Part shown: positions 12,393 to 25,885 of the stretch, piece after piece
How the letters are laid out: every line of letters starts with the position of its first letter
Numbering within the stretch: the first letter of the stretch is position 1
Assembly (NCBI GenBank): GCA_025786725.1
Contig: JAHLTZ010000002.1
Span: forward strand, 558,001-622,000
DNA: 64,000 bases
DNA from: Syncephalis fuscata S228
Lineage: Eukaryota > Fungi > Zoopagomycota
Direction: 5' to 3'
Program-made: the position numbers and the translations under genes
Notes under the pieces: generated by a model
The model's database searches: none
Told to the model about the DNA's origin: nothing
The model's input: only the letters and a program-made list of their open reading frames with translations

Positions 12393-14237
12393 ATGAAGCT
12401 CAAGTTTAAACAAACTATTATTACTACCATTGTGTTTTTTACATATGGAACCATTTTTTGCTGCCATTCATGTGCTACAGCCTCAGCATTAACCGCTGAA
12501 AAGCCGCTGAACATTATTGTGGATCAACTTGGCAATAAATCTCATGCAATTCCTATGCTAGAAATTATTCGAGAACTCATAAAACGAGGCCATCAAATTA
12601 CCTTTGTATCCAACGATCAAAGCGGAGAATGGGCTACTGATCAGCCTACTATAAAGCAAGTCTTTTTAGACATGGAGCTACCCGTACCACTCAAGATGCA
12701 CAAACGTATGGAAAATTGTTTATTGGGTTTAATCAATATGATTTAGATGAGATGAACTGTGACCTATATGAATTGCTATATAGCGAATACGAGAAACAAA
12801 TAGCGGTATTTCGCCGTCTAATGCTCAATAGCCATAATAAAGTCATTGTGGATTTAGTGATGTGCGATTTTCTTAGTTTTGCCTGCATTGACACAGCATA
12901 TGAGCTAGATATTCCATTCGTAACTACTAGTATAAGCTTAGACTTTGTTGGTAGGTGTTATTTATTAAAATAACCATACAGCCGAATAACAATATGGCAA
13001 TAGGATTAAGTTACCAATCTTATTTGCCCTATCGTCCAGGAACATTGCATGCTAGCATGGAACATGCAGCTTTTATGGAACGTGCTTATAATACTATATA
13101 CGCTCCAATACGAAAATTAGTTAAAACATGGGACGGTCTTAACTATCAAAAAACTGCTTTACAAAAAGCTGGCGCAAAGCTCTATTCTGGCATTACCGAA
13201 AGATACGATCGAGGTCTAGTAATAGTTTATACATTTGCCGGATTTGAGGTACTTTTTACAGCCTTGCTAAACAATAGTCAAATAACTTAATCATTTGCAA
13301 TTAATATTAGCTACCTCGTCATTGCAAGGAATGTTTTTTATGCCGGCCCATTACTTGCTGAAAGCTATCCCGCTTTGACCACAGATGTCGAGCAGTTTTT
13401 CCAATCACGTTCAAAAGTGATCTATGTAGGATTTGGTGGAATGACACCATTATCTGGTGCACATTTCGAACTACTAACACGCGCCTTTTTGGCTGCCCAT
13501 AAAGCAGGCTTAATTGACGGTGTATTGTGGGGACTTATGTTAACCGATATTAGTAAGATGCCACAAGTAGTTGATGAAAATGACCAGTCTTTAGGTTACA
13601 TATCTGCGGACAGTGGCAACCCATTAAAGCATCACATAGAAGATATGCTTAATGGCAATCATCCGTTTATAAAAATTATGCAGCGTGCTCCACAACGTGC
13701 GGTACTCGAGCATCCTGCAGTCCGTGCATTTGTTTCACACTGTGGACTCACGTCTATACACGAAGCAATGATGGCTAGCACACCAGTGCTTTGCATTCCT
13801 GGATTCGGTGATCAGCCTATGAATGCCTTGCGTTTAGAGCATCTTGGCGCAGGCAAAAATTGTTTTGGACAGATGCCACAGTAGATCGAGTTGTAGATAA
13901 ATTAAATCGGTTGCTTAGTGGTAACAGCGCACAACGAGCCCAGCTAGCAATGCAGCGCCTAAATAAAATGGCTGTATTGGCTAGTCGACGTGTACCAATG
14001 GCAGCCGATATGGTTGAAATGGCCGCTATACCAGGCGCCCTCCAGTTATTAGAACCTGCCAGTGAACGTATGGCATGGTGGCGCGCCAACAATGCAGACA
14101 TATGGCTATTTATTGTACTTGTTTCATCGGCAATAGTCATGTTTTTATACTACGGCTGTCGTCGTATGTTTACAACAAAGCAAAGCAATATTACACCTCA
14201 AGCTAAACATTTATCGTATAAAGCACACACTGAATAA
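12393..14237 (+). CDS. UDP-glycosyltransferase (GT1) copy 1 with signal peptide and C-terminal TM helix; apparent 1-nt deletions near 12716 and 13858
   Basis: MKLKF..hydrophobic leader; SHAIPMLEIIRELIKRGHQITFV; DLVMCDF; signature APQRAVLEHPAVRAFVSHCGLTSIHEAMMASTPVLCIPGFGDQPMNA; TM IWLFIVLVSSAIVMFLYY. Confidence 0.9.
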
Positions 14238-15639
14238 AGCAGCAATGCTAATTCCTTATTAATATTAACATATTTAATAATAAAATTATCCATTTAAATA
14301 TAGCTTAATTTAAAAAATTTAAAGTAAATTGAAGAAAAAAGTATGTTTATTATTATTTGGGCGACAGTGTTAAGTATTTACAATAATTTTAAGCTTTAAT
14401 AAAACTATATAACATAAAATGAATGGTAAGTAGAAATGTGTAAGTACAATAAATACTACAAAGCTTAATTTAAAACTCTGTATATTTATGTACTTTAGTG
14501 AATTGTGGCAATATACTAACTGTTTATTACTAAATTAGAATTACGGATGCAACTACGCATAGCTTTAATGGCACCTAGTACTTTACAGTAGGATCGTTTA
14601 AGTATTAGATTTTAGCTTTATGGAGGCATTATATGAATTTTCCATTCATTCAGGTCGTTGATGCTTTTGTTCATTATATCATATTTATTCACCATTCAGC
14701 TACTATATTATTTGCTGTGCTGTATGTTATTACCAATTTGCTGGTGTTATTATAAGACTGCAATAAAATAATACATTTAATTTTATAGCATACACTTTTT
14801 TAATCTAATCAGAATAGTTGTATATTATAAAAGCACCATTTACCATTCGTATTTCATCTGATTAGATGTATCATCTGAGTATGCATCAATATTATATATT
14901 AGTAATAAATAAGCATGCTAATTAAAATTGTAGAATTATTAACCCGAAATGATTCGAATTATAGTTTTGGAAGTAACCATATATAGTAAGTATTAAATTA
15001 AGTATCATTGGAGTAAAATGACATTTATTAACAAATATGTAATAATGATAATGAATAATATAGTAAATGTATTAGTACAGATACAGCGATGTTTGAACAA
15101 CCATTCCGCATTTATATGGTAATTGCTATATTAATGTTTAATAATTTGGACTAACTGTTATAATTTAATATAGAAGGGAGCCTTATTAAGTGTTAAGTAT
15201 ATTATTATTATTATACATTTTATAATTAGCATCTATTTAGAGTTTCAATGAAACACCATTAAATGGTAATTATTAAACACATTATTTAATTATACACCAA
15301 CATCTTGTACAGTTAATGGTATATTTGTAAAGGAAAACAAATATATTTTTTTTGAAAGATGGTTTTATTACCATTATTATTAATTGCAGAAATAAGTTAT
15401 AATAAGTATTACAATCAATACAATCAATAATTAATTACTAGTTACATTATTGTGCATGTTATGGAATTCATAGCTCCATTTGTGCTTGATGCCAGCCCGA
15501 GATATGTTAAGATAAGTTTAATTAACATAAAAAACTACATTGATTATAACACATGTAATAATATATAAACGGTTTAAAGTAAAAATGTCATTACTTCAAC
15601 TGTATCTTAGATCGTAAGTACAGCATTTGTTTATTAGCA

Positions 15640-16235
15640 CAAAATAGTAATTTCTAGTGTTAGTGGGACCTTTAGTGAAATTCGTTTGGCAGTAAATAGA
15701 AATACTGGCAAACGAGCTGCCATAAAAAAGTTGATAATGAGTTGGGATCGGACAAACCAGATAAAGAGGCAGAAGCAATTTTAATTATAGAAAAGTGCAA
15801 CTATATTGCCCAGTACATTACACACCAATTAGTGCATGCTCCAAAAGTATGGAACAATTATAATAGCAAATATTTTACTAATACAAGTTAATTAATTCCT
15901 TTATGGAAAAAGTATAATGCATCAGGATAAGCGCAATGATTATTTACTAACAACATTTACCAATAATATTTATTAGCATTATCAAAAATTAGATATCAAA
16001 GTACGTTCTAACTAATCATATTTTTTATCTTTATTAACATATATAATAGAAACATTAACTAGTAAAAAAACTTGACTGAGGATTGTTGAGGAAAAGCAAA
16101 CAGCCGAGCAAGAAGAGCAGACTAAGGGAGAGCAGGAAGTAGCTAAATATGCTCTTCCTCCTAAGTTGAAAAAGCTCCAGCTTTTTATGCTTGAGATAAT
16201 TAAACTGAAGGAAGCCAGCGCAACAAACCTGGTAA
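15640..16235 (+). pseudogene. Degenerate protein-kinase relic (N-lobe) plus a downstream exon-like fragment
   Basis: Translation from 15662 reads SGTFSEIRLAVNRNTGKRAAIKK (Gly-loop remnant + VAIK-like Lys), followed by stops. 16082-16231 reads IVEEKQTAEQEE..LPPKLKKLQLFMLEII..ATNL|GTAAGT. Confidence 0.55.
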
Positions 16236-16294
16236 GTACATATTAATAATACATTACAGTAACTAACAGCAATATTAGATAGCCACTTATAAAT

Positions 16295-16435
16295 ATGTAT
16301 TTATTTTTGTTCTAGCTTTATTATTAACAAATAACTAATTTCGCTCATTTGCTCATGCATATATGTTCAATAACTCCAACACGACTAATCGTCATTTAAT
16401 AGCATACATTCTTTATATTGTATATCATTTTATTA
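16295..16435 (+). mobile_element. Internal fragment of the inverted-repeat element family also seen at 23.3 kb and 49 kb
   Basis: TTTTGTTCTAGCTTTATTATTAA..TAATTTCGCTCATT..TCATGCATATATG..ATATTGTATATCATTTTATT matches ~49405-49523. Confidence 0.7.
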
Positions 16436-18358
16436 CATGTTGTGTATGCATTGTCCAGAACTGTTGTCTGTTCAACTCTAGCTTTATTTACAATGAATTT
16501 CGACTCATTTCAACTTATTGGGGCATACGCACTATAGTCTTAATATTATTAATTGTGCTTTTCTCCATTTGCATAGCTATTCCATTGTAAATCGCTATAT
16601 TATTTACTAACTGCACATTACTAATAAAAGCTGTTTGTGCATAAATAGTTTTATTAGATGTATCGTGGGTTAGACGTCGCTCTTTCTATCACAAATAGCA
16701 CACTGTCACTCTGTTGGCCCATTTTAATATTTATTCTGTCATATAATACTTTGGAATAGCTATCAATACATTTTTTAGTGTATAAATAGCATGTTAGCAG
16801 TAAATCTACGTTTTTGCTTGGCAAAATAAGCCAGCTATTATTATATGATCTCTATGGTCAGTATATATGTATGAAATCTCTCTTTATTTTTAGGTTGGTG
16901 TACTGGCATAACAGTGACAATATTCAAGCGGAATTGATATAAAACTATTATAAAGAAATTAATAAAATTAGGAAAATACAGAGTAGCAACCAGTATTTTA
17001 TTATGTGTAGCTGCCGTAATGGCTATAGGAATAATAAAAACAAAACAAGACTATTGATAGTGTTACAATTTTTGAATGAATTAATAGAATAAATTAAAAA
17101 ATAGATTACACGGTATAGAAAAGTATAGCTGTTGTAAACTATTTTTAAATTGAAGTAAACAACTTATACCAAATAAATAGTACAGCTTAAAGTTAGTGAC
17201 TTTATCACAAGTAGAAAGTTGCATATTCTCATCAGCATTTACAACAGTTGTCTAAAGTATTGCTTGATGCAGCTGTGGCTTTATAGTATTTATTCCGCTT
17301 AACGGTAAAATAAATGATTAATTTGCACAATAGGACAAATCATTTGGTTTTTTTTCATTATTTTTATGTTAAAACCAGCAGTGGATAAAACTGCAAACTC
17401 TGTGCAACTGCCTATGATACTTTTTTAATTAAAGCCATTTGTTTAAATTGGTTTTAAACCATAAACATTAAATCTAGTAAGTAAAGCGGTTAATTCAATG
17501 AGCAAAGACCATGAAGACGTTTTGAAATACAAACTTGTACAAATGGTCTCATATAAAAATAATTTAAAAATATATCAGAAGTAATTGCTATTGCTACTAA
17601 TTTCAAAGAGAGTTTCCTAAAGGGAAAAATCAATGGCTAGCGCCTTGTAAAAATACTGCTAAAGTGTAGCAAGTAAGAAAAAGAAAAAGAGTTTTGATGA
17701 AAAAAAAATCATAGATAGACCGACAGCGTTGGATAGATGCGTGGAAAAACTTGGCAACACAGTACAGCCGCCGGATATAGAAATGATCTTATATCGCCGA
17801 CTATTCCAGCTCGAATTGATTAACCAAAGTAATATCCACTGACAGTGTAAATATGGCGAAGAAAGTGATGCAAGTCAAGTAAAAAATTGACAAAAAATAC
17901 CGCCAATTTTACACTTGCGGTGAAAACAAAAGAAAAAGAAACTTAATAAAAGTAAAAGTAAATATGAATGCTACGAACACTAATGTAGCGATATGCCAAA
18001 AATAATGATCAGTAATTTTTGCAAAAATTACCGCCATTCATAAGTGCAAAGATGATTTTGTGTCAATCGACAATTGTGCAATGCCAACGATTATTGTGAA
18101 AGTAATATCAAATAATTATATGCGCGCTGCGCACTATAATTAGACCAGTCACATAATTCACTGTCCACCGACGAACTGGCACAATTGGTGTGGCGTTAAA
18201 GCCACTAAATTTATGGAGACTCAGGGGTGCGTTTTAAGTGATTTCCACTCGAAGCCACTGACCTAACCTGATTAGATGGTAGAAAAACCTGGCGTTGGCG
18301 GAATAACTAATCGATTATATACCAAGTAATGGCAATATTATTATTAAGATGCCGTTCC

Positions 18359-19831
18359 CTATATATCCAGCTTTAAACTTACCTCGTCCTCCAACTCACA
18401 TGCCCTTGATGCCTGTCTCTGAGCCTCCATGCGCCATCGTTCTGCCTCTAGTCGAGCATTGCCGACATCAGATGAATTTAGCAAAGCTTCAAGCTGCATC
18501 ACGCGCTGTTCCAATTGCTCACAGCGACCACGCATTTCACGCTCACGCTGCTTACGACGGTCACGGAAGCGGGCAGAGGCTCGGGCGTTACGTCTTCTTT
18601 TTTCGGTCAATAAAGGATCTTCGTGTTCGTCTACACTGCCGGTGCCACTGGCATTTCCATTAGCGCTGTTGCTGTTGCCACCAAAATTATCCGCCACATA
18701 GGATGAGTGCATTGGATAAGGGGAAATACGGCGTATTGGCGATGATTCACCACTGCTGCTGTGAATCGACGTTCTTCGACCCAAGTTCTCACCATCTGAG
18801 TGGATATAGGCCGCTACGCCATCAGTGTGATGTGGATACTGGCGATATCGCTGCTGGTGTTCAGGATGGCTTAATTGAGTTGGAGAGGTCATTGAATGTT
18901 GAGTTTGATTATGAGCCGAAAAAGCATCCGGTGACGGTGCAAATGGCATAATATTTGCAGCCAAGTTTGATGGTGTGCCAGCTAGATGGCGTGCTGTAAT
19001 GACATGATTATTTGATAATGCCCGGTCGATAGAAGGCTGAGCAATGGTAGGTTTTGTTAAATTGTTATAGGGAAATGGCGCAGAAGGAGCATTTGGGAGT
19101 AATGGCGACAATGATGATGAAGATGACGTCGACTGAGTCGTTCGATTCAAAACGGTGAGCTGCGAGGCAGATGCAGATGCCGAGCTAGATGTCACATGGG
19201 CGACTGCTGTATTTGTTGATACAAGATAGGAGATCGGTGGTCGTTCAGTCGTTCTAGAATTTAAAATAGCTGGCATACTTGCGCCGACACCAGGACTATT
19301 TGTCGAGGTAGGCGATGACATCATGCTATCTCTACGCATATCCATCATTGGGGTATTAACCCGTAATGATGTGCCGGTACGAGGGCCCAGCGAGGCAGAC
19401 ATGTAGTTATCGGTCGACATTGAAGCGGACGAGTCCAGTTGCATATGCATTGGACCTGAAGGTGAGAAAACAAGATTGTTGCGCAAGGTGCGTGATAAGT
19501 TATTTGAGCACATGGCCATCGAATCTGCTGCATTGTTATTCATAGAAAGGGCCGACCCGTAAGAATAGGATCGTGCACGAGGTCCACTGCGAGCAAAAAT
19601 ATCCGACTGTCTGTTAGCATTTGAGTTGCTGACAGTGGCATTGATGCTATTACCACCATCGCCGTTATTATTGCCGCCACCACTACTACTAACAGCCACA
19701 GCGGTAGTTATACCCGGGCCCACAGGTGTCCAAGGCCGTCCATTGTCACGTGACTCGTTTGGCACATTGGTCAATATCGCCGTTAATGGCGGCAAGCGGT
19801 CCTGCTGCGTATGAGGTGAATGAGGCTGCAT
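18359..19831 (-). CDS. bZIP transcription factor, CYS-3/MetR/Zip1-type basic region
   Basis: Intronless 490-aa ORF; S/P/N-rich low-complexity N-terminus; EKRRRNARASARFRDRRKQREREMRGRCEQLEQRVMQLE basic region and zipper. Confidence 0.88.
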   Translation of the reverse strand: MQPHSPHTQQDRLPPLTAILTNVPNESRDNGRPWTPVGPGITTAVAVSSSGGGNNNGDGGNSINATVSNSNANRQSDIFARSGPRARSYSYGSALSMNNNAADSMAMCSNNLSRTLRNNLVFSPSGPMHMQLDSSASMSTDNYMSASLGPRTGTSLRVNTPMMDMRRDSMMSSPTSTNSPGVGASMPAILNSRTTERPPISYLVSTNTAVAHVTSSSASASASQLTVLNRTTQSTSSSSSLSPLLPNAPSAPFPYNNLTKPTIAQPSIDRALSNNHVITARHLAGTPSNLAANIMPFAPSPDAFSAHNQTQHSMTSPTQLSHPEHQQRYRQYPHHTDGVAAYIHSDGENLGRRTSIHSSSGESSPIRRISPYPMHSSYVADNFGGNSNSANGNASGTGSVDEHEDPLLTEKRRRNARASARFRDRRKQREREMRGRCEQLEQRVMQLEALLNSSDVGNARLEAERWRMEAQRQASRACELEDEVSLKLDI

Positions 19832-22800
19832 CGTCTACTTGCACTCGTTCAAACGATTAAAAGCCAAGCAATATAATCAAATACACAATTGAACACAAAG
19901 TGTGAAAAACGGCGCAGTGTACTGAATATGTAAGTTTATGCGTCTGTAAGCACACTCAAGGCATCAAGGTGCGTCAACAGAGTGGCAATAATATTCAAGT
20001 AAATAATGGCAAGGTCGGACTTTTAAAAAAGGAAATCAAACAACAAAGTATTGTAGTAATAATAGCAAACGATAAAAGACTTAAATATTACTATTTTTGA
20101 AAAACGTTCAAGTTAAAATGATCGTTCAAAAACTTTTCTGGTCAGTAAAGCTACGGCAGAAAGTATCAATTGTTAATATTCTACAAGAATATTGATTGGA
20201 CCTTAAAACGGTGATCAAATAGGCAAATTGATCTTGGTAAGTTGTGATTTAAAGGAGCAAATAAAAGGGGGGATAAAAAAATTGGTACTTTGTAATACTG
20301 ATGGACAATAAAACGATTACCAAATAAAGTTTCAAAAATAAAGCATTAATGAATTATTTGGTAATAATTCAGTAATGGCTGTAGGACAATTTAGGGGTAA
20401 GCAAAAACAATAAAGATACTATCGAAGAAGAAAGGGAAGGCGGAGTAATTGTGGATAAAGGGCGGCGATGAAAAGAGTATTTTGATTTTATGGTTCTTTA
20501 TGTTTAGGTAAAGCGTCCTAAACGTCACTTTATAAAGCACAAAAGTGAATGCCAAGCAACCAGAAATTAGTAGTAGTAGTAGTAGTAGTAGTAGCAATAG
20601 TTGTCGTTGTAGTTCTGGTTATTGCTAAAGCTGCGGTATTGATGTAGATGTAGCTGTTGTTATACTTGTTATGAATGAGGGCTTGGCAAGTGTACGACAA
20701 TAAACGTAGAATGTGAATTCGCACGCGTACGTCCATAAATACGCACACAAGCAAATCGAAATAAAAAAAGAGCAAAGGCTGTGATGATGAAGCAAACGGA
20801 CGACAAAATAAGAATGTGGTGACGTGCACAAGTGAAAGCCATTTAAAAGAAAATCTGGCCTTAAGCAATGGTGACTTGTTTAGGCTATACCTCTGAAACG
20901 CGTTCCTCGCGTTCATTTACGCGTGTAAGGCATGCCTTCGGGGCTATCTTTCATAGTTGAAAACAATTAGATACGTATTGCCTTTCCGAGTTAAAGGAAG
21001 TTCGTATGTTTGCCAGCCCAAGGTCAGTGGCCGACACGAAGTAATGAATAATGACAACGATGCTGATTGTAACAATACCACCGATAATAGTGCCAATGAA
21101 ACCACGCGTGTGCAAAATTGTGTGGCAGTTAAACAATGGCCCATGCAATCATTACTAGCACAAAATTACTAAGCCAAATTATGGCCGATCTGAAAAGCAA
21201 ACAAGCAATGGGAAGATAATTTGTACGTATGGCACATGTGAACTGGAACAGGTGTGTTTAGAGGGCAAATGAAATAAAGGCATACAAGTAGGGAGCAAAT
21301 GAATACAGAGAGAGACAGAGCGGAAAGCCGGATACAAGCGCATGATTTTGCTTGGCCAAATGGGCATGTGAATTGCGCACCTTCTCATGTAATTTAATGG
21401 CTTAACATTAATCATTAGCATGAATTTCCCAAAACTGTTGTTAACTAACCAAGCACGTCGATGCTTGTTTAGTAGTTGACGTCAATAAACAATTATTATT
21501 GTCATTGAGCGGTACAATCATGGATTAATGACTTGTTTTCTGAGGAATAGGCAATGCAGGGCCACATGGTCGTATTTACATATTATCGTCATTCAATCAG
21601 TTTAGTAATTGCGTTTAGCTTTAATTTTATTATTGTAATGTACTGCACTATTTAATTTACATGGATAGAACATTACAATAATAATTATTAATTGTCATAA
21701 TACGCACAAAGTGCTAACATTCTCCCCGTGACTATGTCTTTCTGATGTTTTTTTCTGTTATCCACCTGACATGGCACCTGTTGGACAAGGTCATTGTAGA
21801 CGTTCATGGTTTATCGTCACACGATATAGGCAAGCATGCGCGATACTATTGGCCATGTGGATACACAGATTAGCTATAATGCACCTAGCACAGAGGCGGT
21901 TGCACTATCTTTGCGTAGGCCGTTGACGATAATAAACGGAGGTTCGGCGTCATCTTGGGCTTTGCTCTAGGTAACGGATAGTATATTTTAATATTGCAAC
22001 ACAAACTACCATCCATTACTCCGAGATGCTCTCTCTTTTTTGGCAATGATCTTTAGGTTGAATAATGGAGCAATACGAAAACACCTGACTATAATTCGTC
22101 TTCTGAACAGAGCCATGCATACGTTGTACTGCATGTAGAACTATGCATTAACCGGCCTAGCCTTCCTCGGAGTTACTGTTCAAAGGAAGGTTACGTCAGA
22201 GTTCATGTAAAGTTGCACTTAATGTGAGCATCCTTGGCAAGCTCGCCTCGGATGGCATCAGTCGTGCAGAGCCCGGTGATCACATGAAAAGATGATGCAG
22301 GCCGAATTTCATACGCCAACGGCTATTCTAATGACCGCCTTGTACTTTCGTAATTGTTATTACTGTTGCTTGACCAACCCTTATGCACGCGTGATTGAAC
22401 ATGCCAAGGTCACGCGTACACGTTTGCTCGTAAGTTGTCGCATTTGCATTTACTTCACAAGGCCTACGACTAAGATCGAGCACGCCATGCTAAGCTACCT
22501 CCACATTCCTAATTCGGTAGCTGTTCGGCCCGAGCCTTTTATTCGTTTTAGCAAACACTATAATGACGGCTTTTAGAAAATTTCGGTACAACTAATACAA
22601 GTTACTTCTCAACACGTGTACTCTTTGCTCCTTTGGGATTATGAAGTTTCCAAATGACGCGACTGTTCATCATTCGGTTGTAACAATTGAAGACATGTGT
22701 ACGCTCTAGATGAGTAAAACCACTTGTTTCCAAAATTATGGAAGTGTGAATAAGGTGTACATGCAGTCCTCAGTCACGCTTGTATTACAATTCATGAACG

Positions 22801-23279
22801 GACCTAGCTGTCATGTCTGCATCCTGTTCTCGCTATTACTATTATTCCGTGTGGTGCATCATCGACCGACAGTTTAGCGCCTGATTTGAGTTGATTGGTA
22901 CATGAAGAATGTCAAGCCGCGTAGAAATGTCGACATATTGCTTATCGGCCCGCGTCGAGCATGAGGTATTTCTTTGCACTAATCATGCTGTTCGCTACTT
23001 AATATTCGGTTGTAATTTACAAGTATAGTTTTAGCATGCATGACAAGGCCGTGTTTGACAATATGACAATTAAATGTTTTGTAGGTTACAAGCTCTGAAC
23101 ACAACAACATACTGGAATTTGGCGTTTGCATAGACGAGACATAGCAACAATCATGATTATAATTAAAATTAGCTGCTGAAAGGCACAATACAAGGATTAG
23201 CATAACATTAATCGTCTAACATGTTGTGTGCTATTTAACATCACTACAATTTATTTTTTATAAACAATTTATTAATTAT

Positions 23280-24128
23280 TAAATGATTTGATGATTAAAT
23301 AACTATTTTTAATAACATTTAATCTATTTAACATAATGATGAGTGGTGAGTGCCATCAATCATCAAATACTCATCATTGTAGATTATTATCCAGTATGCA
23401 TATATCATCACATTATGTGTTGTTACTATGTATACCCGTTATTTTGCTTGATTGATATTAAAATCATAACTAATTAACATGATCCAGTTTATTTATAAAT
23501 ATTCTTAATAAAACATAACTCGGTTTATATTCATATTATTTGTTCTTCCAATATAACTCAGCGAACAAACTAAGTGCAATATGTCAATTTTTATTCATAA
23601 AAGGTTTGAAACCATACCAACAACGGTTATAGACAGCGTATAACTAATATATAATGAAATGATAAGCATTATAATGAATATGCAATATTGAACGAGGTTA
23701 GCAATGTTAAAGTTATTGAGCATTATTCTAGTGAACAAGATGACCGATATTAGTCAAAATTTATTAATAATAGTGCTAGAGCAAAAGTAAAAAACAGTTT
23801 TGGATAGAGTAAGACTAAATGAGTATAAAATAATATATAGAACGACAAATGTACAGTGAGGAAGCATATAAGGCAATGAGTGGAGTGAGTGAAGTATATT
23901 AGTACATATAAACAATAGAATGTGTCTAGTACATCATTAAATGCTATATATTAGTGTGGAATAGAATGGTAATGATATAGGTGAATAGAGTATATGTGTA
24001 CTGAATATATGCATACTGGATAATAAATCTACAATGATGGGTATTTGATGATTGATGTCACTCACCGCCCATCATTAATAGATTGGATGTCATTAAATAT
24101 TAGTCATTTGACCACCAAATCACAATTT
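23280..24128. mobile_element. Non-autonomous MITE/foldback-like element, copy A, with ~125-bp imperfect terminal inverted repeats
   Basis: Left GGTGAGTGCCATCAATCATCAAATACTCATCATTGTAGATTATTATCCAGTATGCATATA is mirrored by right TATATGCATACTGGATAATAAATCTACAATGATGGGTATTTGATGATTGATGTCACTCACC; no ORF inside. Confidence 0.8.
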
Positions 24129-24719
24129 TATTTTTTTATTTTTTTATTTTTTTATTAATATTGCTTACTATTTATCACTATTTCAATAGTGCCGTGTGGC
24201 GTAATTGTTGCTGCGGCAGAACAGCACTACTTACTTATTAGCTAATAGTCAAATGTGAATATGATGATTACAAGGTAGACAAGCAAGTAGTTATAATGGA
24301 CAAATACATAATATGTATATAATAGGTGTACAGTATGTTTACTAGTTACTACAGCACAGCTGTATCTGCATAATCTACAACATCTTTAAAACAATATTAT
24401 GTGAAATAAAACTAAGGCTTTGTAATCATTAATGAACATTCAGCTATATTATTAAGTACATGGTAACATTAAAATGAATTATGAATTAATATCTATAAGT
24501 TGTGTGACGCCCAAAAGGAAACGTTACAAAATGTAATAATATAAATGAAATCACAAGCGAAACAAATAGCCGTAAAAATAGCGCAAGACATTGTCAGTGG
24601 GCATATATTGATGATTCGCGCCAATATATTTATCCGTCGCCATTTGGTTAATAAAATGGCTGATATACCATCGATGCTCTATGCGAAACACGGCTTATGT
24701 TCCAAAATCACCATGAAAC

Positions 24720-25885
24720 TTATACTCGACGCTTTTCAGCACCTGATTTCTCATCTCGACCAGTAACCAAGGCAGCCTTATTCGACATGGGCTGTTTGGG
24801 TGGCAGTTTGTTTGATGTGGCGGCAGGCTTTTGGAATCTGCGCAAAACGGTTGTCACCATAGCTCGGAACCAGTAAAGATTCAACAAGTTCATGCAAACA
24901 TTGGCCACCGAGTAGATGGTAACAAAGTGAGGTTGAACTTGGCCCCGTGCGTTGTAGATCTCGCCTAAATTTTAATAAGTAAATGAATTAATAATAAATA
25001 TCTGTATCAGCTTACTGAAAAATTCAAACGATGAGAAAATGCCGAAAACAATACGGGCTACAAAGAAGGCGGCCAAAAGAATAGCACCATTAATAGCTTG
25101 CCAGATAGTGCCAGTCATACCAGTCTTGTCCTGAATAAATGGTTAGTGCGCTGTTTTACAGTCTATTTAATGCTAATAGCAACACCTACCATAAACCAGT
25201 GAATATTAAGGAATGGCGTGCTCAATTCAAACATCAAGAATATAGCACCAAAATAGTTCAAGAATGGACGCTGTATAGCAATGTTAATTAGTATCGAGAT
25301 ATTCTTACTATGCTTAATCCACGTCAATACTTACGAAGCAAAAATAAAGACTGAGAAGCATACAATGCCGTGTAACATAAAGCTAACGCCAAAATGACGT
25401 ACATAGCGCAGACTTGTCAAGCCATCCCATAGAAAATAGCTAGCAGTAGAGATAAGCGTTGTATATTGTTAGTCACTGTCGATTGATTTACTCAATAGGC
25501 ATAATAGAAGTTATTGCCATGTAACTTACCCACAAGTGTAGGCGTAAACATTGCCGGCATAGGTATCATAACCAAATAGCTTATCGGCTTGGAGTGTGGG
25601 TAAGCCGTATATCTGGAAGGCCATGTAGAGTACAGATACGCAGTGCACCATAGATACCACATGAATATCCCAGTTGATACGTCTAATACGTGATAGCTGT
25701 GGATATGTTTTTGGTGCTAGTAGCGGACTAATCTTAGTCGAAGCATAGGCTACAAAATGCCAGCCGATAAAGGAGGCAGCAAGAATATGCCAATGGTTTG
25801 AAAGCTTTGGCAAGCCAATGGAGTGAAAGAACGGATCGAGCACGTCCGTCATTTGTGCATGCATGGAACTAATCAACGAGGCCAT
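24720..25885 (-). CDS. TLC (TRAM/LAG1/CLN8) domain membrane protein, TMEM56/Tda4-like
   Basis: RINWDIHVVSMVH, DKLFGY, GYFLWD, FMLHGI, RPFLNYFGAIFLMFELSTPFLNIHWFMDK, LNLYWFRAMV over five exons. Confidence 0.85.
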
